Assembly (NCBI GenBank): GCA_002104905.1
Contig: MCFE01000202.1
Location: forward strand, 68,058 to 132,057
DNA: 64,000 bases
Reading direction: 5' to 3'
Source: Basidiobolus meristosporus CBS 931.73
Taxonomy: Eukaryota > Fungi > Basidiobolomycota
Translations under genes and position numbers: made by a program
The notes under the pieces: model-generated
Told to the model about the DNA's origin: nothing
Databases searched by the model: none
The model's input: the letters and a program-made list of their open reading frames with translations, nothing else
In this document: piece after piece, positions 26,212 to 39,035 of the stretch
Numbering within the stretch: the stretch's first letter is position 1
Layout of the letters: each line of letters starts with the position of its first letter

Positions 26212-27081
26212 TCAACGGCGGTTACCAATTTTTGAGCGCCATGTTCGAGCTCGTTCAAAGCCATTGATTCCCAACTGATAGTCAACAAATGTTCGTTGAA
26301 TGTCACTAGAGTGATTCATAACGAATGGCCCATATTGGACAATAGGCTCCTTGATGGGTTCACCTGCGACTAGTACGAAATGGACCGAGCTTTGCTTAGT
26401 TTCTATGCTGATAGCTCCTCCTTTCTCACTGAGGGTCAACGTGTGGTGGGCTTTCCCAAGAGTGTTCTTTGCCCCGAAGTAACCCTCTCCCTCCAATACA
26501 TATAGGAAGCCTTGGTAACTTTCCGGAATAGTTTGTTCGAGTTTCGAGTTCTTCTCAACCTTGAAGTCCAGGTACATGGTTGGAGTTTTGGTGACCACCG
26601 GACTATTGATCCCAAATGAATGGCCGGCAATGACCTTGATCACTGCATTGACACCTGGTGGTGACACTTTGGGGATATCCTTATCTAGCAATTCCTGGTA
26701 TCTAGGCTCGCACATTTTATCGGCTGCGCTAAGGTTGACCCAGAGCTGGAGACCGCGACACTTGGTTTGTGGCATTTCAGCATGGACAATACCACGCCCA
26801 GCAGTCATCCACTGAAGATCGCCGGGGCCTATTTTCCCTTGGTGACCCGCGAAATCTTCATGTGCTACTATTCCCTCAAGCATGTAGGTGACGGTCTCGA
26901 AGCCTCGATGTGGATGATCCGGAAATCCAGCTGGAGGCTCGACCATGAATTCATCCAGCATCAGGAAAGGATCGAAGTTCTTGAGCTCACTTGTTCCTAT
27001 ACTCCTTCTTACTGTAGCTCCATCCCCTTCTGACTGTGCGATTGCCTTGACTTTTCTTGTAATGTATCTTTGGACGGTCAT
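26212..27081 (-). CDS. Pirin (cupin) family protein
   Basis: EGDGATVRRSIG, DPFLMLDEF, GFPDHPHRGFETVTY, LQWMTAGRGIVHAEMP, GLQLWVNL, GEPIKEPIVQYGPFVMN. Confidence 0.96.
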   Translation of the reverse strand: MTVQRYITRKVKAIAQSEGDGATVRRSIGTSELKNFDPFLMLDEFMVEPPAGFPDHPHRGFETVTYMLEGIVAHEDFAGHQGKIGPGDLQWMTAGRGIVHAEMPQTKCRGLQLWVNLSAADKMCEPRYQELLDKDIPKVSPPGVNAVIKVIAGHSFGINSPVVTKTPTMYLDFKVEKNSKLEQTIPESYQGFLYVLEGEGYFGAKNTLGKAHHTLTLSEKGGAISIETKQSSVHFVLVAGEPIKEPIVQYGPFVMNHSSDIQRTFVDYQLGINGFERARTWRSKIGNRR

Positions 27082-27521
27082 AAGAAAGTTGTTCAAATTG
27101 AAATTGTAATTGATGATGATAGCTTTCCAACCTCTCTAATTTATAGTTGGGGCTCCCGGAAGTATTATCCATATATGGATCTATTTTCCCTTGCCCTATG
27201 CAACCCGATTTGATATCAAGGAATTTATCCGTAGCGCTGCTTATTCCACGATCTAGTCACTACAAATTATCTTCTAACTGCCTGACCATATCAATAGTTT
27301 ACATCTACCAACCTTGGTGAGCAAAATGTATGGTTAGTTAGTGAGCAATGTTCGACAGAATATCTTGGTTGATGGGATATTATCGCTGATTCACGTGGAT
27401 TTTGATTACTGATGCTACACAGCAGTATTGTAAAGGTCCGGAATGGGAAATTACATTAGTGATATATCGGAAATATTTTGCTGGGGAGATTACCAATCAG
27501 TCGTTCAAGGAAATATCAAAA

Positions 27522-27603
27522 TGATGAGAGTGGGGTTCGAACCCACGCCTCCGAAGAGACTGCGACCTGAACGCAGCGCCTTAGACCACTCGGCCATCTC
27601 ACC
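27522..27603 (-). tRNA. tRNA-Leu (CAG)
   Basis: GGTGAGATGGCCGAGTGGTCTAAGGCGCTGCGTTCAGGTCGCAGTCTCTTCGGAGGCGTGGGTTCGAACCCCACTCTCATCA: intact cloverleaf with long variable arm. Confidence 0.96.
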
Positions 27604-27611
27604 TTGTATAT

Positions 27612-28807
27612 TGTTACAATAGTCTGAAACCCGACGAGAACATACAGATGATCACGACATATATAGTTATGTCACTGTGTAATGATGCTTGAATATATGC
27701 TCACTGTTGGGCAAACTTGAAACATAGTATATGCAAGCAATCGTGAATTGTGTTATAAGCAGATCCAGCGCTAAGAATAAAAGACAGACCTTGTTACACC
27801 AGAAAAGTGGGAGAACCGGACCTGAATATCATAACATTTGGTAGCAGCAATGTATTTGAACATCCTCTGAAAAAAAGAAGAGAAGATGAGTACTAGTAAA
27901 AGTACTAAAGGTGGTAGCCCTGGTGAAGATTAAAATGCATTGCAAAGGGAGTAATTACAAGAATTCAAGAAAGAGAACCAGTGGCCAAAGGTGCAATATA
28001 GTGCACAAGAAGATTTGCCTACAAAAGAAGATATTTCGAAGGCTTATGGGAGTCTGGGATCTAATCAGGCAAAGCTGACAAAGCCTGAAACTTATGAAGG
28101 AAAATCAAATGTGGACTCATGGACATTTCAAGTTGGAAAGTATATGAAGTTCACAAATGTTAACAAGTCTCAGAAAGTTGAATATGCTTCAAGTCTGCTC
28201 CAAGGAAAAGCATTATTGTGGTGGAGATCTCATTTAAGAAGGTCTAAGGAAGGTCATGAAGATGAAATTGAGATGTGGAAGGAATTCAAACAAGAATTAG
28301 TAACAGAGTTTAAACCAATAACAGCAACAAAGCAAGCCAGAGATAAACTTGCTAAGTTAGTCCAAAAATAAAGAGATAGTAGTTATACTAACCACTTCAA
28401 GAACCTGCTGTTGGCTATTGACAGTATCTCCAAGGATAAGATACTTGATTGTTATGTTTGTGTTTAAAAAATCAATAAGAAAAGAAGCAGAGTTGTGTGA
28501 GCCACAAATGCTTAGAGAAGCACATATGGTGGCAGAAAGATATGACCAGTTTATGTTTGGCAATATCCCGGCTGATAGAAAAGAAGTACAAGAATTTGCT
28601 AAAACATTGGACCAAAATAAGAAAAAAACCAAAGAATATTCCGTGAAACACAACATATGTTATAATTGCAAAAAAGAAGGCCATCATTTTTATGAATGTT
28701 TCAAGTGCAAGAAGGATAAACTGTTCCAAGAGGAAGTCAAAGATTCTGAAGAAATGTTGAATACAATGGAAGATCCATATATCTTACATAAGGTAGAAAG
28801 AGTTTAA
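27612..28807 (+). mobile_element. Ty3/Gypsy remnant: 5' LTR (about 27612-27836), tRNA-iMet PBS, broken gag
   Basis: TGTTA...TAACA termini with AATAAA inside; TGGTAGCAG PBS immediately after. gag reads KPETYEG...LQGKALLWW...WKEFKQEL and CYNCKKEGHHFYEC, with a stop and a frameshift. Truncated by the Copia LTR at 28810. Confidence 0.8.
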
Positions 28808-28809
28808 TT

Positions 28810-30193
28810 TGTTGTAAGAATCTTGGAGATATTGGAAGTTATTGGGAGAACAAGTAGATTATGTGGTTTTCACTTAATGATTCATTGAATGTAAAAGTAG
28901 TCTTTATAATTTTACATGATCTTGGCATCACAAACATGTAGAATAGATTAAGCAAGGTCCTAAGAACATGTGTGCAAAGTTTGGGGTGTTTGGACATCTT
29001 TGAGAATTTTCATGTTCTGGATACCTGGTATTTTGGTGAAAATAATTCAAGTAAATCCCAACAAGGAATTTGGTCAGTATTCTCTAGGACTTGAAGGTAA
29101 TGATCTAAGTGACTAAGTTTGGTAAATATTTAGGTGGAATTACAAATTTTTACAACACTCCCACTTGGCTAAATGTTCATACTGACTAGCCCTAACTTTG
29201 ACCTAAGATATTCAAACTTGCATATAGCTATAGTTGTAATATGTCATCATTCATCGAGACAGTGATACTGATAGTACTCTTAGTCAGTGATGGCTAATAT
29301 GTGCTTGGTTCTGGCATGAAAAGTTGGATTTCTACCTAATTGTATACATCCTTGATTATCTTGAAATAAAGTAATAGGTGTTTTGTGACATAGGCCGAAA
29401 TCTGTAAAAAGCTTTCTTAACCACATTGCTTTTTTTGTAGCTTCACTGGCTGCCGTATACTCTGCCTCTGTGGTGGAAAGTGCTACAGTTGGTTGCTTTC
29501 TTTAGTTCCATGAAATTGCTCCTTGACAGTAAAGAAAGGTATATCCAGTGGTGGATCTTCTGTCTTCCAAATTCTGTCCCCAATCAGCATCAGAGTATCC
29601 CACAAGATCCTGTTCTGAATCCTTACAAGTGTATCTTAAGCAGATATCAGCAGTTCCTTTTAGGCATCCAACAATCTGCTTAACTGCTGCAATATGATCA
29701 AATCCATAGTTCTGATTATGCTGGCTGAAAACTCCCACTGAATATGGGATATCTGGACATGTTCCAAGCATGTTATACATCAGACTGCCAATCATAGACA
29801 GATAAGGAAAGTCAGGGCTTTCAGATGGCACTAAGCTCACTTGATTTGGTTGAGTTTTGACTGTTATCAGAGTCTTAGAGATATTGGAAGTAATTGGGAG
29901 GACAAGTAGATTATGTGGTTTTCACTTAATGATTTATTGAATGTAAAAGTTGTATTTATACTTTTACATGGTCTTGCCATTACAAACACGTAGAATAGGT
30001 TAGGGAAGGTCCCAAGAACATGTGTGCAAAGTTTGGGGCTATTTGGACAACTTATCTAATATTCATGTTCTGGGTAGATATTCCAAGTAAATCCCAACAA
30101 GGAATTTGGTCAGTATTCCTTAGGATTGGAAGGTTATGATCTAAGTGACTAAGTTAGGTGAATATTTAGGTGGAATTACAAACTTTTACAACA
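28810..30193 (-). mobile_element. Ty1/Copia remnant: two related LTRs (28810-29157, 29862-30193) flanking only RT C-terminus/RNase H
   Basis: About 340-bp direct repeats starting TGTTGTAAAA on the minus strand; PPT AAGTGGGAG before the 3' LTR; PYLSMIGSLMY, LVGYSDADW, RRSTTGY, KKQPTVALSTTEAEY. Confidence 0.9.
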
Positions 30194-31694
30194 ATAACAA
30201 TATTAACATGGTCAGTATTTTGCCAGCATTCACTTGAAGTCTAAATATGAATGTTCTCAGTATTGATAAATAGGTATGACAACTTTAACAAAGGGTGTTT
30301 TTTATTGCAGTGCCCAGTTGATATATATTTGGGTGTGGATACCTCCCTTCACTATAAAGCATTAGAGCAAGATTCCCCCATAGATATTTAATTCTGATTG
30401 ATATGCAAGAAAGATGTGAAAATGCAATACATGGAAATCCAATTTGGATGGCTTTGTAATTGATTGCACTCATATTTGCTCCCAATATTCCTGATTATCA
30501 ATGGGCACATAGTAAATTATGTGTATGGGCAGTAATACTGACAGTCAATGTGCACAGGGCAGTTTCTTGTAACCATGGACTCAAAATATCAGAGTTCTTG
30601 TTTGAGCAAAACTTGGATTCAGGGTATTTTTCCTACCACTTGATGGAATGCTTCTGTCAGGGATAGTGATGCATCTAATGGTTTATACGCAACCAATTTA
30701 TATTTATCTGTGGGTCAGAAATTAACTTTGGAGGTTGTGCGCAAAGTTTGAAGCTTTTCCTTTCTTTTCCATGACTTGTACCGCACACTCCAACAGTTTG
30801 TTTTCGAAGGCCTTACCCAAACAATCAATGCAGCACCTCTCAGTAGACCTACAGTTAAACGTTGAGCAAAGTGGTGTATCATATTTTACAAATGCTAGAC
30901 AAGAAGCAAATATCGCAAACCAATTTCGTCCCTAGCGCATCAAATTTCAGTCAACGGAATCTTTTCAAATCCAAGGTCAGACCGAAAACGCGTCTAGAGG
31001 ATCATGTGACAGCCAGTTCGTATAGCCTGTTGAAACCCCAACTACACCAATATAAGCTACTGGATATTTGCTAAAACCTAAATTTCACTGGAAATGGCGC
31101 ACTGTGGCACATCATCTGGATTTGGCTAAATCGTTGAGCAAGTCGGAATCCGCGAAAATACACGTGCATTAGAGAGCATCTCCCACCACCCAATGAGAGG
31201 ATCAGTAGCTGGGGCATGGACAACCGAGTGGATGGTATCCAAACTGATGTTGATGAAAGTGGGCTACATTAACTAATAAACCTACACGTGTGCACTGCTC
31301 CGAATTCCAATGGCCAGGCGAATGTGATGTTTTGTAGGATACAGGCCATAAACCAGAACACACTGTGGCTCACTCGGAAACCATCGATAAAGTAACATGA
31401 ATTCAATCAGTCTAGTTTTGTGAGAGTACCGTCCAATGCCCCTAGTTGTCATTATTGGCGAGTGGTATCCTCACAGCAGACATTACACAAGTATTTTCCA
31501 CATTCTTTGGTCCAAAAAAGATTCACACAGTCGGTTACAAGTACACATTTGCCTTTGGAGGGGTGTGGATTGCTGAATATAAATGTATCTCCCGCCCCTC
31601 CCCGGAACGCCAACAATCTATTATGTAAGTATATATAAAGCATTTCCAGTTGTTGTTAACCCTCAATAACTTGTTCACTTATCCAGTTCGACTC

Positions 31695-32035
31695 ATGATG
31701 CACCCATTAATACTGATCGTGTTAGTCATTATCTTTGTGGGTATTCTGGGGAAACTATTCGCTTGTATCCGGACCCGGTCTCGCACTGAAGGTAAGTTTC
31801 TTGTGGCAGTGTTTTGGCATGCGGTAACTAATATCCTTCCAAAGATGAGGAAGAGACAATCCCGTACAGTCGGCCACCTGTTTCGCTAGCAAGGAGGAAT
31901 CCAGAGATGGCCACCTCGCCACCCCCATACGCAGAGGCCATCACCATTCCACCGACTGCCTATTTTACCCCCACTAATGACTCGCCCTACGGCCATTCCC
32001 ATCCTCAAAGCCAGGCTGATCCTGATTCACACTAA
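31695..32035 (+). CDS. Small N-terminal-TM protein with PPPY motif
   Basis: MMHPLILIVLVIIFVGILGKLF, intron 31792-31844 (GTAAGT...AAAG), exon 2 containing SPPPYAEA. Confidence 0.7.
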
Positions 32036-33454
32036 TTCTGGGGATTGATGACCAACGCTAGTCCATCTAATCATTGTTTAATTCGTTCTCATGTACCTTA
32101 ACCACACCACCGCATGTATACAGAGTTAAGCGGGACTTTCTGTTAAATAAATGTATATAAACCTTGTCGCAGCTATCTCTACCAGCATCACAATGATGAA
32201 TCAAGATCCTAATGCTAGATTAACGTCACATCAGCCTACTCTATGATCGTTCCAGGTGCTCACATTCTCCAAAAGCAGTTCAATGGAATCGATAATACCT
32301 TACAATTCGGCTATCTACCGTAATAGCCAGCCACAATTACTCGGAAACTTCCTCGGTAGTCATGTGTTTACTCTCAACTGTCAAAAGCCATGGCCAGATT
32401 TATGACACATATGTTAGTATCCCGGTGGGTCTCAATGCCTGAATTGGATAAAACATGAGCTCCAAGTGGATTTATTCTTTTTCTATAGTTTGCTCATAAA
32501 CATCCCATTGCGTTATCTGTTCATAGCTACCAACCTATGTAACGGCTAAGCATTTCCTTCTCATACAACAAATCAGATATGAACCGTCCAAGTTGCTATT
32601 TGAGGACTATTGTAGATCGAGTAAATCCAGTGTAGAAGCGAGTGCCTGAGGCTGATTGGGATATATAAAAGAAAGAGGGACGATTCTCTGATAAAATGTA
32701 CATTAGTATACATAGTTCGATAAAGCTTGATAAGAGCAACATGCAAAGATTATGCCTTTGAATCAAAAATCTGCATCCAGGGAATGGATGGCTAATAGTT
32801 GGCTTCCCACCAAATAATCTTTGGATTGGCACTATGCATACCCAACATGTATTCTACATGATAATGGCTCTGAACATCAAGTTTTAGCAAAGCTTTATAT
32901 TTGAGTTATGGAAGAACTCACCAATACATGACTGAAGTCTTTGAGATATGAACAAATGAGTGAATTCAGTAATGAACGGTTCGAACAAAGCGGAGATCTA
33001 AAAACCAAAATACCTCTATACATAGTACTCACATGCCGCTTATTGGTATTGATTAAATATGGAGCCTTAACAGTGCAATGCACATAGCAGCGGTAATTCC
33101 GTCAATATATCTGCATCCTTGATTTTGTGAGATATGAAGAGTAAATGCTTCAAGTTTCGCGTGTATATATTATGTTCTCATCCCTTGGTCGATGGATCAA
33201 AGTCATATGAAAAGGTATTGATCTGATCACTGCCATTCCCGTACAGGCCATTCCCGTACAGGCCATCCACAGAACGCCTTCGGAATTTCATATTTTGGAA
33301 TGTCTCATCGAACCTTATTGAGATATCAAATAGGAAAGTGACCTAACACCGCGTTACACAGTAGTTTTCCAGCATGCCAAGGGCTGGATATCTAAAACAA
33401 GCACGATGCGATACCTATATAAACCATCCGTTCAGCTAGACAATCAGCATTTCG

Positions 33455-33890
33455 ATGAATCCGATCTTGGCTCTAATTGCCCTATTTGTTGTAGATTTGG
33501 TCATCATAACTTTATTCAAAAGTAAGTAATCTAGTCTAATTTTTGAGTAGTTCGTTGTGAGTAATGCTGTTAATTCAAGAATGCAGAAAGGAGGAGTTGT
33601 TCCATACCGATTTTCCTACCTCAGTTCCACGAGTTGAGCGAGGGGTCGTCGTACCTGCTAATCCCATGCCCCAAAATACAGTGAGAAATGGTGAGGTAGC
33701 CATCCCTTCAAGTGTACACCTTGGCAATGAAGCTGGTTCTCCCCCTACCTTGACTACCAGCGACGATATCGAGATCGTCATTCCTCCACCGGCATACACT
33801 GAAGCCGCTAACAATCCACCTGCCCCATCTGTTATGGAGGCCCCGCCGAGATATCTCCAGTCCGAAATTAATACCAACTCTGTAGCTTAA
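33455..33890 (+). CDS. Small N-terminal-TM protein with PPAY and PPRY motifs
   Basis: MNPILALIALFVVDLVIITLFK, intron 33522-33579 (GTAAGT...CAAG), exon 2 containing PPPAYTEA and APPRY. Confidence 0.7.
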
Positions 33891-34738
33891 TATCTTGTTA
33901 ATATATCATCCCTAATCTGTCCTCAATCTGTATATATATTGACAATTTAATATATGATCACTTATTTGGAAATGACTACATATACCCTTCAACTATATTT
34001 AATGTTAACCCGAGTTCCATGAATATGATTGATTAAATCCAAGCATTCCTGTATTTTAGCCAATCATGCTTATTGTTGACAAACAATTATCTGTATGTAA
34101 AAGACACTTTAATACACTGAAAATATCACAGAAGGTAATGCTACAAAGCTCAATTACAGCTTAAAGTATAGACTTGTTGCAAAAGTAAAAAATGCTTGGA
34201 AATTGTTTGTAGAAATGACACTTGGTGAATGAGTGGTCTGGAGACCGGATTAAGTAGTCCATAATGTACCAATGGCTTCTAGCAGTGTTTGTGAGTCAAA
34301 ACACATCCTTAAATGCAAATACATATCTGAGATTTTGATACTGCTCAAGGCTAGATGGTGCAATCCTTACCATGAATCAAGAATTAAGAAAAAAGCTGGC
34401 TGGGGGGTATAAAATCTAGCTTAAGTCATTCAAGCTGCTATAAAATGAGCAACTTGTTTGTGAACCTCAAAACTTGAAGACACTATAACCCTCAGCTCTT
34501 GACTCAGAACTAATATTTGCAGTTCTAACTGTTGAAATCAAGTTCAAGGAAAAGAGCTATCACACAAATCTTGTTATAAGAGTTAGGAAACTATGGAGGT
34601 GAATGGGAGAACAAGACGACTACAGAATTCTCACTTGATAACTTATTAAGCACATTGGTAGTATTTTCAGATGCATGAGTCTTGAAGTTATTAAAAGTGA
34701 TTGCAAGGACAGGTAGATTAAGTGGTTTTACATATTAA

Positions 34739-35809
34739 CTCAGGGGGGAGACAGTCACCAAAAGGTGAAGTCTTTATTTCAGTACAAATAAAGAAGCCAG
34801 CACTACTGTGGTAGCTTTCTAACAAGAGTGTATAGCTGAAGGGATTGTTTGGTAGCTTAATAGGAAGAAATAATAGCCCTTTAGTGCTCAAGACACTGCT
34901 CAGCAGCTAGGGGGGTAGCAAGGGGGATAAGAATGATTTGTCAGCAACATTAATGGATGTAGTCGGGGGGGGGGAGAGATAGTTAGGGGGGAGACATTCT
35001 CCAATAGGTGAAATCTTTATTTCAGTTGAAGTAAAGAAGCCAGTGCTACTGTTGCAGCTTTGATACAAGAGTGTGTAGCTGATAGGAATTTGGAAAGTGT
35101 AGTGTAGTGTGTTCTCTTTCAGGCCTTGATCAGTGGGTAGTTGCAGTGGTGAAGTCTGAGACATAATCTGGTTCTAAGGTAGAGTAGTCTGATCATATAG
35201 GGCATAAACCCAAAAGCACCAAGAATAGCATGTCTGTAGGGGCATTCAGGCAGATGAGGCACCAGGGATGTAATGCACCAGACTGCAAGCTTGTTGAGCT
35301 TAGTGCAGTCTCTAGAGGTAAGAGAGAGAAGTGGTAAGCCAAATTCCAGTAAAGGGAAGACAAACTGCTTGAGTAGAAGGAGGCAGCTGGGAGCTGAAGT
35401 TGTAGGAGGAGTAACAGCCAGTAGCTTGTGGAGTGCCTGTCTTGCCAGGATGATTCTCTTCTTCAGGTGTGCTCCAGAGTCTAGTCCAGTAGGAAGGAAA
35501 GGAAAGCCAAGATATGCAGCAGAAACATGAGCAGGTAGTGTGCAGTTCTCTAAGTTGATAGGACAGCCCAAAGGTACTGTCTTTGCAATGGAAAGCTGGA
35601 GATTATTCTTCTGCAGATACTGGTGGATGGTCTGGGAGTTTTGTTGCACATTGGAGGAGGATATTCTGATGTCATCAGCAAAGAGAGTAACCAGGCAGTC
35701 AGCTGAGAGTCTTGGGAAGTCATTCAGGAAGATGGCAAACAGCATAGGACCAAGCACAGAGCCTTGAATCACTCCATTAAGAACTGAGAACACTGGTGAT
35801 TGCTCATTT
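34739..35809 (-). mobile_element. Two tandem 5'-truncated copies of the telomeric LINE family A at an internal site
   Basis: 3' termini CTCAGGGGGGAGACAGTCACCAAAAGGTGA (34739) and TTAGGGGGGAGACA (34983). The RT ORF GVIQGSVLGPMLFAIFLND...LFADD...YLG is near-identical to 62767-63759, with an internal deletion of about 290 bp. Confidence 0.9.
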
Positions 35810-35900
35810 ATACTATGATTGCAAAGTAGAATTTATTGGTGTGGAATGAAATAGTACAAGTGTAGAGGGTTACTTTGGAGATATACATTGTAATACGCAT

Positions 35901-36284
35901 TTAATGGGTGGGGCATTTGGTGCACTTGCAGTTGTCACCACAGCAGCACTTGCCACTTTGGCCTTCGCACGACTCGCACTTGCAGTCGTCCCCGCAGCAG
36001 CACTTGCTCTTCTTGGCCTCGCCGCATTTACAGGCGGAGCCGCACTTGCACCCCTCGCCACAGTTGCATCCGGATTGCTTCTTGCCTTGGCAGTTGACGC
36101 ACTTGCAACCGCCCTTGCACTCGCAGGGTGGCACTTTAATAGTCTTGGCGCACTTGCACTTCTCGCAGGTGCAGTTGTCCTTGCAAGAGCAGGTGGCCTT
36201 CACTTCGACCTTTTGGCATTGGCATTGCTCGCACTGGCAGTTCTCGCCACAGCAGCAGATCTTGACGGTGTGTTGGGAAGCCAT
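35901..36284 (-). CDS. Long modular metallothionein-like protein, copy 1 (127 aa, 36 Cys)
   Basis: MASQHTVKICCCGENCQCEQCQC...CPTH. Six CxC/CCC modules, no aromatic residues, TATA (TTTATAAAA) about 60 nt upstream. Confidence 0.85.
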   Translation of the reverse strand: MASQHTVKICCCGENCQCEQCQCQKVEVKATCSCKDNCTCEKCKCAKTIKVPPCECKGGCKCVNCQGKKQSGCNCGEGCKCGSACKCGEAKKSKCCCGDDCKCESCEGQSGKCCCGDNCKCTKCPTH

Positions 36285-37465
36285 GTTGAGTAGTTTATTG
36301 ATGATAGAGTATGCAAATTCCAAGCCAGATTCCAGATTTTTATAAATTCATTTTCAAGTCGGAACGACGCATCTCACTATTCCCTCCCAATGGCGTAAAT
36401 CTCGCTGCACCAAATGTTCTATTCAAAGACTCCACTCTCCGGCTCAGAAATTACATCACGCGAGATGCCACCCAAATCGTCATCATCAATATCCATTGGT
36501 GATTCGCAGCTGACGTTCCCCAGTGGCTAAAATAACGCAAGCGTTAATTGAAGCAGCTCCTTTAAGCAAATATCTTGGCTTTTCTCTGGTTATGATTGCG
36601 CATCAATTGAGGCCATGCCACGAGTAGTGAAAGCGCCTAAGCACTCAAGCTACAAGCTGGTTTCAGGTATTGTACATACGGGGAATATCCGATCCATAGT
36701 AACCTGACGAGAGCGAACTCCGACGAAATGAATATACGCCCACCAATAATTGAGTAATACTCCAAAGCAGTGGAAGTCACTGCGCCATTACCTTATAAAT
36801 AATAGAGGTACAGAATCACCCAGATCAACTGGATTCTTTTTGAAGTATAGCGGCGGAGGGGAGAAAGCGGAGTTCGGTGACCCTTTTAACCCCGAACCAT
36901 CAAGATATTCGCCTGGATTCTGTGATTCTTTAACACTCACCATATCACGATATATGGACTTCAGATACACACTTCACCCACTTGATTCAGAAACGGAATC
37001 GTGACAAGAATCATACAATCAAGTAAACGCAAGAGCATGACAAATCTTGTAGTGTCGGACCAATGGTTGGTGCATTCCCCAATAGCTAAAATAACGCAAG
37101 GGATCAATAAAGCAGCCATTCCAAGCAAGTTGCAACCTGGAGAGGTATGTAAAGTCGTAAATGTACAATTCAACATTATCACATCACTATTGTCTCAGCA
37201 TTTTACCGATCTCCTAAGGTATGAATCAACTAAACAGTGAAATAATCATCATTGATACATGTGAAGATTCTCGCACTGCGTCCTTCTAGTTTCTGAATGG
37301 GATAATGAAGTTAGCGATTCAACGGCGCCTGATGGAGACTAGACTAAAAAGTATGCGGAACACCGGAATATTGCACAAGGAGTGATTGTCAAGAGAGATC
37401 TATTAGTTGGGAATATCATAGTACAGTGTAAAATGCTAATTTGAGATATACTTTACGGTGGAAGT

Positions 37466-37682
37466 TTAAAGAGTGAGACACTTAGTACACTTGTAGCTGT
37501 CACCATAGTAGCACTCGCCCTTCTGGCCTTCACATGACTCGCACTGGCAGTCTCCCCCGCAGCAGCACCTGTACTTCTTGGCCTCGCCGCATTTGCATCC
37601 GGATTGTTTCCTACCCTGCCATCTCACGCACTTACAACCATCCTTGCACTCACAAGGTGGCACTTCCACGGTCTTGGCGCGC
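37466..37682 (-). pseudogene. 5'-truncated metallothionein pseudogene (copy 2)
   Basis: Begins at AKTVEVPPCEC with no start codon; several Cys replaced by Tyr/Trp; abuts the 3' flank of copy 3. Confidence 0.85.
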
Positions 37683-37790
37683 TGGTACTTAAACGTCAAA
37701 CAATATGATTGCGAAGTAGAATTTATTGGTGTGAAATGAAATAGTACAAGTGTAGATGGCTATTTTGTAGATGTACATTATGATGCCCTT

Positions 37791-38174
37791 CTAATTGGTG
37801 GGACATTTGGTGCACTTGCAGTTGTCACCACAGCAGCACTTGCCACTTTGGCCTTCGCACGACTCACACTTGCAGTCATCACCGCAGCAGCACTTGCTCT
37901 TCTTGGCCTCGCCGCATTTACAGGCGGAGCCGCACTTGCACCCCTCGCCACAGTTGCATCCGGATTGCTTCTTGCCTTGGCAGTTGACGCACTTGCAACC
38001 GCCCTTGCACTCACAGGGTGGCACTTTAACAGCCTTGGCGCACTTGCACTTCTCGCAGGTGAAGTTGTCCTTGCAAGAGCAGATGGCCTTCACTTCGACC
38101 TTTTGACATTGGCATTGCTCGCACTGGCAGTTCTCGCCACAACAGCAGATCTTGACGGTTTGTTGGGAAGCCAT
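37791..38174 (-). CDS. Metallothionein-like protein, copy 3 (127 aa)
   Basis: Near-identical to copy 1; intact ORF MASQQTVKICCC...CPTN. Confidence 0.85.
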   Translation of the reverse strand: MASQQTVKICCCGENCQCEQCQCQKVEVKAICSCKDNFTCEKCKCAKAVKVPPCECKGGCKCVNCQGKKQSGCNCGEGCKCGSACKCGEAKKSKCCCGDDCKCESCEGQSGKCCCGDNCKCTKCPTN

Positions 38175-39035
38175 GTTGGAATGTTTAATGATGATAGGAT
38201 ATGCAGGTACCAAGGCCGATTCCTGCTTTTATAAATTCGTTTCCCAAGCCGGAACGACATATCTCGTCAATCACTCCAATGGCGTAAATCTCGCCATACC
38301 GAATATTCTATGCAAGCACTACATTTGACATCACGTGACATCACGCACTTATTCTTCATCAACACCAATGGGTGATTGGCAGCCGAGGTTCCCCAATGGC
38401 TAAAATAACGCAAGCTTTAAATGAAGCAACCCCTTTGGGCACATATCGTGGCTATTCTCTGATTTTGGTTACGCAGTCAGTGAGACTATGCCGTGGGTAG
38501 TCGAGTCACGTTTAAAGCACCGGTACACTCAACTTACAAACTGGTTCGAGATTCAAGGAATATTTTGAGAAGAATGGGCTTGAACGAAATGAATGTGCAT
38601 CCACCGATAGTTGAATAACTCCCCATGGTTAACTCAGGAACAGAGCGAGTCACTGTGCCGTTTCTTTATTACTAATAGAGTTGTAGCGTTACCTTACTTA
38701 ATCAGATTCTTTTGAATTATTGCGGCGGAGGAAAGGAAGCCAAGTAGATTAAACCTAGTGCTCTAGATATTCGCCTGGATTCTCTGGTATTTGAGCACAC
38801 AACCACGTCACGAAATATGGACTACATACGTGGGAAATTTCGCATCAAAACTCACGTGACGCAGAAACACACTAGCGGTTGGTAGTTCAATCAAGCCTGA
38901 AAAATAAAACTACAGAATATAGTAAACACAAGCATATGCCAAATTTTGTAGTTGTCGAGTAAGATTTATTGATTCGGAATTTAATAGTACAAATGCAGAA
39001 AAGTTTGTATTGGAGATATACACTATGATGCGCAC

